The notes: generated by a model not told the origin, from the letters alone. A stretch of 10,396 bases of DNA from Leidyana gryllorum EB-2025a (GCA_048772705.1 JBLWGC010000014.1:1-10396); one strand, 5' to 3'; shown: positions 1 to 6,550, counted from the stretch's first letter. Translations and numbers: made by a program.

Positions 1-21
1 GTCCGTGGCGTGTTCAGAGCG

Positions 22-93
22 TCCGAGATAGCATAGTGGTTACTATTTTCGCATGTCACGCCTAAGAAGCAGGCCCGATTGCCGGTAAATGAG
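22..93 (+). pseudogene. tRNA-Asp(GTC) pseudogene
   Basis: TCCGAGATAGCATAGTGGTTA A-box and TGTCACGC anticodon region; same 5' flank (GAGCG) as the Asp-scaffold copies at 397 and 4029; T-arm and 3' acceptor strand destroyed. Confidence 0.7.
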
Positions 94-114
94 TCTGGAA
101 CGGGGGATGGTTTT

Positions 115-186
115 GGGCCTATGGCGCAACGGTAGCGCGTCTGACTCCAGATCAGAAGGTTGGGTGTTCGAATCACTCTGGGCTCA
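115..186 (+). tRNA. tRNA-Trp(CCA)
   Basis: 72 nt cloverleaf: GGGCCTA/TGGGCTC acceptor, TGGCGCAACGG A-box, TCTGA-CT-CCA-GA-TCAGA, GTTCGAATC; T5 run at 200-204. Confidence 0.93.
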
Positions 187-222
187 ACCGGACTCTATGT
201 TTTTCCCGTTTGGGACGCAACC

Positions 223-302
223 TGACAAAAGTGGGATTCGAACCCACGACCTTTCGGACTCCGGTCTGAGCACAGCGCCTCAGACCACCCGGTCATCTTG
301 CC
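223..302 (-). pseudogene. tRNA-Leu(CAG), degenerate copy
   Basis: GGCAAGATGACCGGGTGGTCTGAGGCGCTGTGCTCAG...GGTTCGAATCCCACTTTTGTCA; paralogue of 4119-4198 with D-arm and anticodon-stem mismatches. Confidence 0.8.
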
Positions 303-396
303 GGGATGTTGTTGGCTCGCCGCTCCACGCGTGTTCTATCCCTGGAATCTCAAGATGGAAGGACTCTTGGGGTTGGAGGCCGGCGTATCCAGAGCG

Positions 397-468
397 TCCG
401 GGATAGTATAGCGGTTAGGATTTCCGCCTACCATGCGGAGGACCCGGGTTCGATTCCCGGTCTCGGAG
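397..468 (+). tRNA. tRNA-Asp scaffold with anticodon ACC (nominal Gly)
   Basis: Intact acceptor TCCGGGA/TCTCGGA+G and T arm GGTTCGATTCC; TCCGC-CT-ACC-AT-GCGGA; flanks match Asp(GTC) at 3958-4029. Confidence 0.8.
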
Positions 469-523
469 CACACTTGGTTTCGCTTGAGATTCTCTCCTTT
501 GGTTCTCGCTGAAAGTTGCGAGC

Positions 524-596
524 TACAGCCACCAAGGATCGAACTCGGGAACTTCTGCGTGTGAAGCAGACGTCGTAAGCACTAGACCATGGCTGC
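524..596 (-). tRNA. tRNA-Val(CAC)
   Basis: GCAGCCA/TGGCTGT+A, TCTGC-TT-CAC-AC-GCAGA, GTTCGATC; D-loop GG changed to GC, so possibly impaired. Confidence 0.82.
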
Positions 597-659
597 ACGG
601 AGCTTCCGGACTGTGAAAGCGGCGTGTGTCTCTGGAAACAGGTATCTGATGGAGGGCAG

Positions 660-890
660 AAGGCTCGCACGGGTGCGAGGAATGACACCGAATGTCACAC
701 CCTCTTTGCCTCGGCCGTGGATCGAACACGGGACTTCCAGATCTTCAGTCTGGCGCTCTCCCAACTGAGCTACCGAGGCGGTAGGTAGTCATGGAAGGCG
801 GTGAAAATAAGCACTTATCGCGGCCGTATGTGAGACCCACTCCTCGCAGCATGACGGAATCGACAGTTGCCAACTTGCCCGAGTGAGGAA
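660..890 (+). repeat. Phe-Ser module, inverted copies at about 6910-7130 and 7945-8180
   Basis: Shared gene order and spacer motifs such as TTATTTTCACCGCC and GGTGTCATCCCTCGC. Confidence 0.85.
707..779 (-). tRNA. tRNA-Phe(GAA)
   Basis: 73 nt canonical cloverleaf GCCTCGGTAGCTCAGTTGGGAGAGCG...CTGAAGA...GTTCGATCCACGGCCGAGGCA. Confidence 0.95.
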
Positions 891-907
891 CTAGTGTAGA
901 TCCAGCA
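869..907 (+). pseudogene. tRNA-Ser remnant with internal deletion
   Basis: GCCAACTTGCCCGAGTG 5' end joined to GTGTAGATCCAGCA T-arm remnant; same context as Ser 6847-6928 next to Phe. Confidence 0.65.
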
Positions 908-959
908 CATCTTGCGCCCTGTGGCTTCACATACGGTTCAGCAAGCTTGACTAGGGCTG

Positions 960-1027
960 CTCGCGCGCCGCGAAGCCGCGGTTTTCCCTTAAAAAGTCTG
1001 GCGCTCTACCGACGGAGTTGGGGCGGC
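960..1027 (-). pseudogene. tRNA-Lys(TTT)-like pseudogene
   Basis: GCCGCCCCAACTCCGTCGGTAGAGCGCCAGACTTTT; 3' half unrecognisable; 3' boundary approximate. Confidence 0.6.
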
Positions 1028-1196
1028 AAAAAAGCTCGCCCTGTACCCAGGAAGGCCCAAGATTCCACGATCAATACAAATGGAATTTGTTACGAAGTCC
1101 GAATCTGTGTCAGAGATTTATTCACTTGGTCAGGCCGACATACCATTCTTTCCAAGACGATACGGCTCTCGGCCGAAGCCTCAACTCGAGCACGTG

Positions 1197-1269
1197 TCCA
1201 CTGTAGTCTAAGTGGCTAGGATATGCGGCTTTCACCCGCACCATCCGGGTTCAAGTCCCGGCAGTGGAA
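1197..1269 (+). tRNA. tRNA-Glu(TTC)
   Basis: TCCACTG/CAGTGGA+A, TGCGG-CT-TTC-AC-CCGCA, CCGGGTTCAAGTCCCGG. Confidence 0.9.
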
Positions 1270-1345
1270 GTCATTGAACTAGTCGACCAAAGTGCCACAC
1301 TAATCTCCGTGAATAGCCATTCTTTCGTTATCTCCGGCTTACAGT

Positions 1346-1417
1346 GCCTTCTTAGCTTAGGGGCAGAGCATTCGCTTAGTAAGCGAAAGGTCGCCGGGTC
1401 GATTCCGGCAGAAGGCT
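1346..1417 (+). tRNA. tRNA-Thr(AGT), T54G variant
   Basis: Identical to 6671-6742 except T-loop GTCGATT instead of TTCGATT. Confidence 0.85.
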
Positions 1418-1431
1418 TTGATGCATCAAGA

Positions 1432-1504
1432 GGGCTGTTCTGGGAATCGAACACAGTACCTCTTGCATGCTAAGCGAGCGCTCTACCATTTGAGCTAGTC
1501 GCCC
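1432..1504 (-). pseudogene. chimeric tRNA: Ala(AGC) 5' part fused to Pro 3' part
   Basis: GGGCGACTAGCTCAAATGGTAGAGCG...TTAGCAT (Ala) then GTTCGATTCCCAGAACAGCCC, identical to the 3' end of Pro 7594-7665; acceptor stem does not pair fully. Confidence 0.8.
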
Positions 1505-1619
1505 ATTCAGCAAATCTCAGTACATCCAGTTCTTTTCACATGGTATGACCAATCTCCCAACTGCATCGATCACTTTCACCAGTTTGTGCTCCACTTTGCA
1601 CGAACGAAGGCACGCAGGA

Positions 1620-1692
1620 AACGGCTGGAGGGACTCGAACCCTCAACCTTTGCCTTAGGAGGGCAACGCGCTATCCATTGCGCCACAACCGC
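1620..1692 (-). tRNA. tRNA-Arg(CCT)
   Basis: GCGGTTG/CAGCCGT, TGGCGCAATGGATAGCG, TTGCC-CT-CCT-AA-GGCAA, GGTTCGAGTCC. Confidence 0.92.
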
Positions 1693-1792
1693 ATTCGGCA
1701 CGCATCCGACTTTTGACTGGGACGAACGCGGGCTGCCCCGAGGTGTCTCCTCTTTCACCCAACCAGTATCCAGATGACCGAAGCCTATCCAT

Positions 1793-1865
1793 GGTGCGGT
1801 GGCCTAATGGATACGGCATCGGTCTTCGGAAGCGGGAGTTGTGGGTTCGAGTCCCATCCGCATCA
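1793..1865 (+). tRNA. tRNA-Arg(TCG), slightly degenerate
   Basis: GGTGCGG/CCGCATC+A, CT-TCG-GA loop, GGTTCGAGTCC; one anticodon-stem mismatch. Confidence 0.82.
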
Positions 1866-1947
1866 TAGCCTCTCACTCGGAATACGTTCCGTTTCGACCG
1901 AGGCAAGCTTGCTAGCTGTATGGGGAGCCACTGCCGCGCATGTCGAG

Positions 1948-2011
1948 TTGAAGTGCTAGTGATATGATTTTCCTTCGCTTGTGGGAGTGTTCGATTCGAT
2001 TCCCGAGCAGT
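1948..2011 (+). pseudogene. highly decayed tRNA-Pro-like remnant
   Basis: CTAGTGATATGATTTTCCTTCG...TTCGATTCCCGAGCAGTC resembles Pro; follows Arg(TCG) as in the inverted Arg-Pro module at 2258-2468; ends approximate. Confidence 0.4.
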
Positions 2012-2173
2012 CTGTTTTTGAGTATGTTGCAGACAGCTCAACGCAGAAAACGCCCGAGTCTCTCGGGGTGCTGCAGCTCTTACGAAATTGCACTTGTGGT
2101 CTAAGGGTAAGTTACGACCTTGGAAGGGTCCAAGAGAACAAGGGCCGTTGAGAGTGTACACCGTCGCACAACC

Positions 2174-2246
2174 CGGTCCTGGCAGGTTTCGAACCTGCGA
2201 CTTTGTGGTTAACAGCCACACGCTCTGCCGACTGAGCTACAAGACC
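2174..2246 (-). tRNA. tRNA-Asn(GTT)
   Basis: GGTCTTG/CAGGACC+G, TAGCTCAGTCGG, TGTGG-CT-GTT-AA-CCACA, GGTTCGAAACC. Confidence 0.93.
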
Positions 2247-2257
2247 CAGTTACAATG

Positions 2258-2299
2258 TCCTTCCACCCGAGGAAGAATCATCCACTAGACCGAACAGCT
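2258..2299 (-). pseudogene. tRNA-Pro(CGG) 5' half
   Basis: AGCTGTTCGGTCTAGTGGATGATTCTTCCTCGGGTGGAAGGA aligns to Pro 7594-7665 up to the variable loop. Confidence 0.7.
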
Positions 2300-2396
2300 C
2301 CCGTTACGGCACTGAGAGGTGGGAGAACTGTCCGCATCTCAACAGCCAGCGTTTCCGCTTCCTTCATCATGTCCGCGAGTGAGATGTCAGAATCTA

Positions 2397-2468
2397 TGAT
2401 GCGGATGGGACTCGAACCCACCACTCCCGTTCCGCAGCCAGATGCCCCATCCATTAGGCCACCGCACC
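2397..2468 (-). pseudogene. tRNA-Arg pseudogene (inverted paralogue of 1793-1865)
   Basis: Same acceptor and T arm as Arg(TCG); anticodon arm disrupted (CT-GCG-GA). Confidence 0.75.
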
Positions 2469-2482
2469 ATGGACAGGCTGCG

Positions 2483-2508
2483 CTGAGTTCGATTCCCAGA
2501 ACCAGCCC
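2483..2508 (+). pseudogene. tRNA-Pro 3' half
   Basis: CTGAGTTCGATTCCCAGAACCAGCCC matches the Pro 3' end; the following TCGACCCGAC also follows Pro 6380-6442. Confidence 0.6.
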
Positions 2509-2589
2509 GTTTTGCTCTCGATCGACCCGACACTCCACCTTTTTTAAGACGGTACAGCTCTCCACCGAGGCTCCACTTCCCGGATCTTG

Positions 2590-2647
2590 TCCACTACAGT
2601 CTAAGTGGCCAGGTATGCGGCTCTCACCCGCACGCTTCAAGTTCGAG
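2590..2647 (+). pseudogene. tRNA-Glu(CTC) pseudogene, 3' truncated
   Basis: TCCACTACAGTCTAAGTGG...TGCGG-CT-CTC-AC-CCGCA; 5' flank homologous to 1155-1196. Confidence 0.72.
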
Positions 2648-2715
2648 TAGGTCAATGCGATCCCAGTGAATTACTCCAGCATCGCCTTCTGCCCACCGGA
2701 CCGCCGGACTGGAGC

Positions 2716-2788
2716 AGGCGTCACTGGAACTCGAGCACAGAACCCCCACTTCGGTAAAACGATACCATATCCATCAGGCCATGGTGCC
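2716..2788 (-). pseudogene. tRNA-Arg(ACG)-derived pseudogene
   Basis: Colinear with 5129-5201 but with many substitutions in all arms. Confidence 0.72.
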
Positions 2789-2933
2789 GGTCGGCAGGGG
2801 GAGTAAGCTGAGGTACCTGGGAGAAATAACACCCAAGCTTGCGGTGGGATAGAAACGAACCGCAAGAAATCCGATGCCACAACCATCCACAATGCGGGCG
2901 GAGGATCGCAACCATGTTTAGGCTGATGACTGA

Positions 2934-3005
2934 AGCCTCCTGTCGGAATCGAACCAGCGACTTTTCGCTTATAAAGCGAATGCTCTACCCCTAAGCTAAG
3001 GAGAC
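2934..3005 (-). tRNA. tRNA-Thr scaffold with anticodon TAT (nominal Ile)
   Basis: TTCGC-TT-TAT-AA-GCGAA; positional paralogue of Thr(TGT) at 10065-10136. Confidence 0.8.
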
Positions 3006-3069
3006 ATTCCCTGTCTCGACCCATATGAGTTTTTCATGCTGGGAATTGCATTAGTTCCACCACATCGCA

Positions 3070-3151
3070 CGACAACTGCTGGATTTAAACCAGCGCGGGC
3101 CACGCCCAGTAGATTTCTAGTCTACCCCCTTAACCACTCGGGCAAGTTGCC
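3070..3151 (-). tRNA. tRNA-Ser(AGA), C56T variant
   Basis: 82 nt with long variable arm; GGCAACT/AGTTGTC+G, GTAGA-CT-AGA-AA-TCTAC; T-loop TTTAAAT. Confidence 0.85.
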
Positions 3152-3212
3152 ACCTGTCGAACTCGGCATTTTGCGGCCAATGGTTTCACATACGGTTCAG
3201 CAAGCTTGAGTT

Positions 3213-3277
3213 CTCGCGCTGCCCGAACCCGCGGTCTCCCCTCAAGTCTTGCGCTCTACCGACGGACTTGGGGCGGC
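3213..3277 (-). pseudogene. tRNA-Lys-like pseudogene
   Basis: Paralogue of 960-1027 and 9791-9857, with 2 nt missing from the anticodon loop. Confidence 0.55.
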
Positions 3278-3377
3278 AACGAAGCTCGGACTTAGTAACA
3301 AATTCCATTCGTATTGATCGTGGAATCTTGGGCCTTCCTCGGGTACAGGGCGAATCTGTATCAGAGATCCACTCACT

Positions 3378-3451
3378 TGGTCACGCGCGGGCTCCAGTCG
3401 CGGACTCGGAAGTTATCAGGCTCACGCTCTAACCGACTGGAATATGTGACC
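3378..3451 (-). pseudogene. tRNA-Ile(GAT)-like pseudogene
   Basis: GGTCACA...CAGTCGGTTAGAGCGT, CT-GAT-AA loop, CGTGACC+A end; B-box lost. Confidence 0.65.
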
Positions 3452-3695
3452 GCTTCAGAGTTGAGGTGAACAGTCACTAGCCGAAGGAGCGAGTGATGTG
3501 CACAGCAAAACCCCATGACTGGGATTGAAGCGGCCGCTCAGACCTTCGTCCACCCCGCCAAACAGTCATTCCGAGAGCCAAATACTGACATCGAGAAGGG
3601 GGTCTACCTACACCACTGACAGTTCGCACGGGAACCCCGATGGAAGGTGCGCTGGTCCGGATGGCTGTATCGACTCTTTTGGGATGGGCTGAACC

Positions 3696-3767
3696 GGTTG
3701 CGTGGTGTAGTGGTTAGCACTGGAGACTCTGAATCTCCCGACCTGGGTTCGATTCCCGGCGCGACCT
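3696..3767 (+). tRNA. tRNA-Gln(CTG)
   Basis: GGTTGCG/CGCGACC+T, TGGTGTAGTGG, GGAGA-CT-CTG-AA-TCTCC, GGTTCGATTCC. Confidence 0.93.
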
Positions 3768-3830
3768 CGGAACTGGTCCTCACTACTCCTGAAATTTCGC
3801 CACTTCTCTTGGGCTGCGGGGACCGTCCGT

Positions 3831-3902
3831 GCAGCTATGGTCTAGTGGTTACGACGTCTGCTTCGCACGCAGAAGTCCCGATTTCGATCCTCGGTTGCTG
3901 TA
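3831..3902 (+). pseudogene. tRNA-Val scaffold with anticodon CGC (nominal Ala), degenerate
   Basis: Inverted paralogue of Val(CAC) 524-596; TT-CGC-AC loop; mismatches in acceptor and T stem. Confidence 0.75.
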
Positions 3903-3957
3903 GCTCGCAACTTTCAGCGAGAACCGAAGCAGAGAATCTCAAGCGAAACCACCTGCG

Positions 3958-4029
3958 TTTCGAGACCGGGAATCGAACCCGGGTCTTCCGCGTGACAGGC
4001 GGAGACACTAACCACTATACTGACTCGGA
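3958..4029 (-). pseudogene. tRNA-Asp(GTC), damaged acceptor stem
   Basis: TCCGC-CT-GTC-AC-GCGGA and intact T arm; two acceptor mismatches and T8C. Confidence 0.8.
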
Positions 4030-4118
4030 CGCTCCGAACACGCCGGCCTCCAATCCCAGAAGTCTTTCTATTTCGGCTCACGGACAAAATGCGTGGAGCG
4101 ACGAACCAACAAGACTGC

Positions 4119-4198
4119 GGCAAGATGGCCGAGTGGTCTAAGGCGCTGTGTTCAGGCCGCAGTCCGAAAGGGCGTGGGTTCGAATCCAACTCTTGTCA
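4119..4198 (+). tRNA. tRNA-Leu(CAG)
   Basis: GGCAAGA/TCTTGTC+A, TGGCCGAGTGGTCTAAGGCG, TT-CAG-GC loop, TCC-GAAA-GGG variable arm; one T-stem mismatch. Confidence 0.87.
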
Positions 4199-4258
4199 GC
4201 CATGGTATCGGCACTCGGTCAGCCACTGGATGCAATAGGTCTTCCATGTTGTACGCAT

Positions 4259-4331
4259 GGGCGGCTAGCTCAGATGGTGCAGCGCTCGCTTTGCATGCGA
4301 TAGGTACTGGGATCGATATCCAGGTCGTCCA
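4259..4331 (+). tRNA. tRNA-Ala(TGC)
   Basis: GGGCGGC/GTCGTCC+A with G3.U70, TT-TGC-AT loop, eukaryotic Ala-type T-loop ATCGATA; minor mismatches. Confidence 0.85.
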
Positions 4332-4420
4332 AACTCCATGCAACTTTGGCTGGAGAGAAACGGCTGGCGCGTGGTCCAAAAACGTGAATGTTGTTATTTC
4401 AATCTAGTCGAGAAGCCGCC

Positions 4421-4493
4421 GCCTACGTGGCGCAATGGATAGCGCGTTGGACTTCTAATCCAAAGGTTGCGAGTTCGAGTCTCGCCGTAGGTA
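4421..4493 (+). tRNA. tRNA-Arg(TCT)
   Basis: GCCTACG/CGTAGGT+A, TTGGA-CT-TCT-AA-TCCAA, GCGAGTTCGAGTCTCGC. Confidence 0.93.
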
Positions 4494-4557
4494 GCCAAAT
4501 GCTCAGCACTTTACTTCGATGATTTGGCTGACTAGCTGCCTTCGCTGTGGAATGTTG

Positions 4558-4628
4558 CCCACTGTAGTCTGAGTGGCTAGGATATGCGGCCTCACCCGCA
4601 AGCTCCGCGCTCAAGTCCGGCAGTGGAA
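4558..4628 (+). pseudogene. tRNA-Glu(CTC) pseudogene
   Basis: Paralogue of 1197-1269; 6-nt anticodon loop and broken T arm. Confidence 0.75.
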
Positions 4629-4716
4629 GTCAGTGGTTGAAGTCAGTGGAATACTTGAGCAAAGTGCCCAGCAATCTCCGTCAATAGTGTCTGATTCGTG
4701 ATCTTCGGCTTGCATT

Positions 4717-4788
4717 GCCTTCTTAGCTTATGGGCAGAGCATTCGCTTAGTAAGCGAGAGGTCGCCAGTTCGATTCCGGCAGAAGGCT
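4717..4788 (+). tRNA. tRNA-Thr(AGT), variant
   Basis: Three substitutions relative to 6671-6742, including a T-stem mismatch. Confidence 0.82.
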
Positions 4789-4855
4789 TTGATGCATCGA
4801 TAGGCTTATAAAGAATGGCTGTCACCAGGTACAAGATTGAACAGGATCGTGTTCC

Positions 4856-4917
4856 GCATCTGTGGTCTAGTGGAAGAGTCTCTCGCTGCCATCGAAATAA
4901 CCCGTGGTTCCGATTCC
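4856..4917 (+). pseudogene. tRNA-Gly(GCC) pseudogene, 3' truncated
   Basis: GCATCTGTGGTCTAGTGG start, TCG-CT-GCC-AT-CGA, damaged GGTTCCGATTCC. Confidence 0.65.
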
Positions 4918-4922
4918 AACCG

Positions 4923-4995
4923 TGGGAGTGGAGAGGATCGAACTCTCGACTTCAGGATTATGAAACCTACGCGCTACCGACTGCGCTACACTCCT
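4923..4995 (-). tRNA. tRNA-Met(CAT), elongator type
   Basis: AGGAGTG/CACTCCC+A (1:72 mismatch), TAGCGCAGTCGGTAGCGC, TT-CAT-AA, GAGAGTTCGATCCTCTC. Confidence 0.85.
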
Positions 4996-5128
4996 TAATG
5001 GAACTTCTCTCGATGTATCTCCTCCTGTCAAAAGTGTGCACGGGGATGCTGTCCACAACAAGGACAGCCAGCTGAGACAAAAAATGAGTTGCAGCAATTG
5101 TGAGGGGCTGGAACCCGACCACTCGCCC

Positions 5129-5201
5129 AGACGCTACTGGGACTCGAACCCAGAATCCCAGGTTCCGTAGACCGATGCCATATCCATTAGGCCATAGCGC
5201 C
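5129..5201 (-). tRNA. tRNA-Arg(ACG)
   Basis: GGCGCTA/TAGCGTC, TGGCCTAATGGATA, CT-ACG-GA, CTGGGTTCGAGTCCCAG; one anticodon-stem mismatch. Confidence 0.87.
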
Positions 5202-5273
5202 AATCAACGGAGCCGTCGAATGAAAGTGTGTACCCATCAAAAGAAAGTTCCAATAGAGACACCGGAGACATAT

Positions 5274-5345
5274 TGGGCGAGCCAGGAATCGAGACTGGGC
5301 TTGCACGGACACAACGTGCTGTCCTAGCCACTAGACGACTCGGAC
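5274..5345 (-). pseudogene. tRNA-His(GTG) pseudogene
   Basis: GCACG-TT-GTG-TC-CGTGC intact; acceptor mismatches and mutated B-box (GTCTCGATT). Confidence 0.75.
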
Positions 5346-5432
5346 AAATCTTTGGGCGAGGCTGTAGAGGTAGCGAAGCATCGATTAGGATGGGATGGAA
5401 CAGGAGCGTCAGACGAACTACGTTGTAAGAAG

Positions 5433-6012
5433 TGTTGTAACCCCAAGTCGCTACTCAAGGGGAACGAGGCCCAGTTCTCATCTCTGCATACTTTCGACCA
5501 CAAGTCAGACTTAGGAACCAAGTTAGTATTTTTGCCCACAAGTCTACCATGAATATGTCGCACACGACGGCGCAAAACAAGAACTACGACTTGTTGTACC
5601 AAGTGCAAAAGTTATCTTAGGCCGCCTCTTGCCTAGTCCAACTCTGACTTAGCCAACTTTGCTTGCGTGTGTCTCTCACTCTGGTGTCCCTCTCACTCCA
5701 CCCATGTGCCAGTCACTCGCACTCTTGCGGAGCCTCGCGCTGGACACACACGGTAGTTCTCCCCGACACCACACTCTGATCATTCATGCGAGTGTCTGCA
5801 CAGTTACACTGTCACAGAGAGTTCAGACCACTAGGGCGCATTAGCCTTTACGCTTTAGTAGTAGTTGCTTTACGTTCCTTAATAATGCCCTATATAAGTG
5901 CCAAATATGTAGGGAAGTATCCAGATGGATGTTAATTCGATTGGAAATTTCACCAAGTCGGATTTGGCAACCCGATAGGAAGTTGACCATCAGGCAAACA
6001 CGAACTACAACA
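5433..6012. mobile_element. solo LTR-like insertion (580 bp)
   Basis: Begins TGTTGTA, ends TACAACA (perfect 7-bp inverted termini); AGAAG direct repeats at 5428-5432 and 6013-6017; tRNA-free; TATA-containing motif shared with 8717-9524. Confidence 0.8.
5888..5933. promoter_or_regulatory. 46-bp conserved LTR motif with TATATAA, copy 1
   Basis: 46/46 identical to 9244-9289; regulatory role inferred. Confidence 0.55.
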
Positions 6013-6206
6013 AGAAGTCCACTCATCAACTTCCGGTGGGACGGAATTTACTCGTCGAATATCTGATGTCACCACTACAGACAGATTCGTTGCCATCTGA
6101 GCACGCCGGGCCGTAAGAGTACTTCGGGGCGGTACACCGCACCCAGAACGACATCGACAGTCGCAACGGAAGCCGTTCACACGCTGGAATTCAGAAGAAA
6201 AGTGAC

Positions 6207-6290
6207 GCACAGATGCCCGAGTGGTCTAAGGGGCCAGACTCAAGTTCTGGTAGGCGCAAGTCTGCATGGGTTCGAATCCCATTCTGTGCA
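6207..6290 (+). tRNA. tRNA-Leu(CAA)
   Basis: 84 nt; GCACAGA/TCTGTGC+A, CCAGA-CT-CAA-GT-TCTGG, AGGC-GCAA-GTCT variable arm, GGTTCGAATCC. Confidence 0.95.
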
Positions 6291-6379
6291 ACGGCCATCA
6301 TCCCCGCAAGTAGGCTGGAGAAGGCCACAGTGGATTCTAGTCTCCATTTGTATATCCGCTTGCATGCACCCAAGTATTC

Positions 6380-6442
6380 GGCTATTGCTCTGGATCCTTC
6401 CTTGGGGTGGAAGCGTCCTGGGTTCGATTCGCAGAACAGCCC
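6380..6442 (+). pseudogene. tRNA-Pro pseudogene (anticodon GGG, D arm partly deleted)
   Basis: CTTCC-TT-GGG-GT-GGAAG and GGTTCGATTCGCAGAACAGCCC match Pro 7594-7665. Confidence 0.72.
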
Positions 6443-6550
6443 TAATGGTCGTCGGTCGACCCGACGGGACAAGTTGCCCTCAGAACCAACACAGCATTTC
6501 ATTAGCCCACTTCGGTAGGGCAGTCAGGGCAACTTCCATGTTGCAGACTG

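Larger units (their letters stand above)
223..600 (+). repeat. Leu-Asp-Val module, inverted copy at about 3827-4198
   Basis: Spacers align, e.g. GGTTCTCGCTGAAAGTTGCGAGCTACAG versus CTGTAGCTCGCAACTTTCAGCGAGAACC. Confidence 0.88.
1197..1427 (+). repeat. Glu-Thr module, direct copy at about 4558-4798
   Basis: Shared spacer CAAAGTGCC...AATCTCCGT.AATAG and trailer TTTGATGCATC. Confidence 0.85.
2904..3857 (+). repeat. segmental duplication, left arm (inverted copy at 8398-8716 plus 9525-10166)
   Basis: Manual reverse-complement alignment: 14 substitutions plus one 2-nt indel over 640 bp; about 21 differences over the remaining 319 bp. Confidence 0.93.

Noticed and set aside
2089-2135. A-box-like TGTGGTCTAAGGGTAAG
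   Set aside because: No B-box or assignable anticodon arm
4621-4650. GAAGTCAGTGG tandem duplication after Glu
   Set aside because: Ordinary short slippage duplication
5436-5808. Nested element TGTAAC...GTTACA
   Set aside because: Flanks GTGT/CTGT are not a perfect duplication, and the start overlaps the better supported TGTTGTA terminus
5888-5933. 46-bp motif as a hammerhead or other ribozyme
   Set aside because: No CTGANGA/GAAA core on either strand
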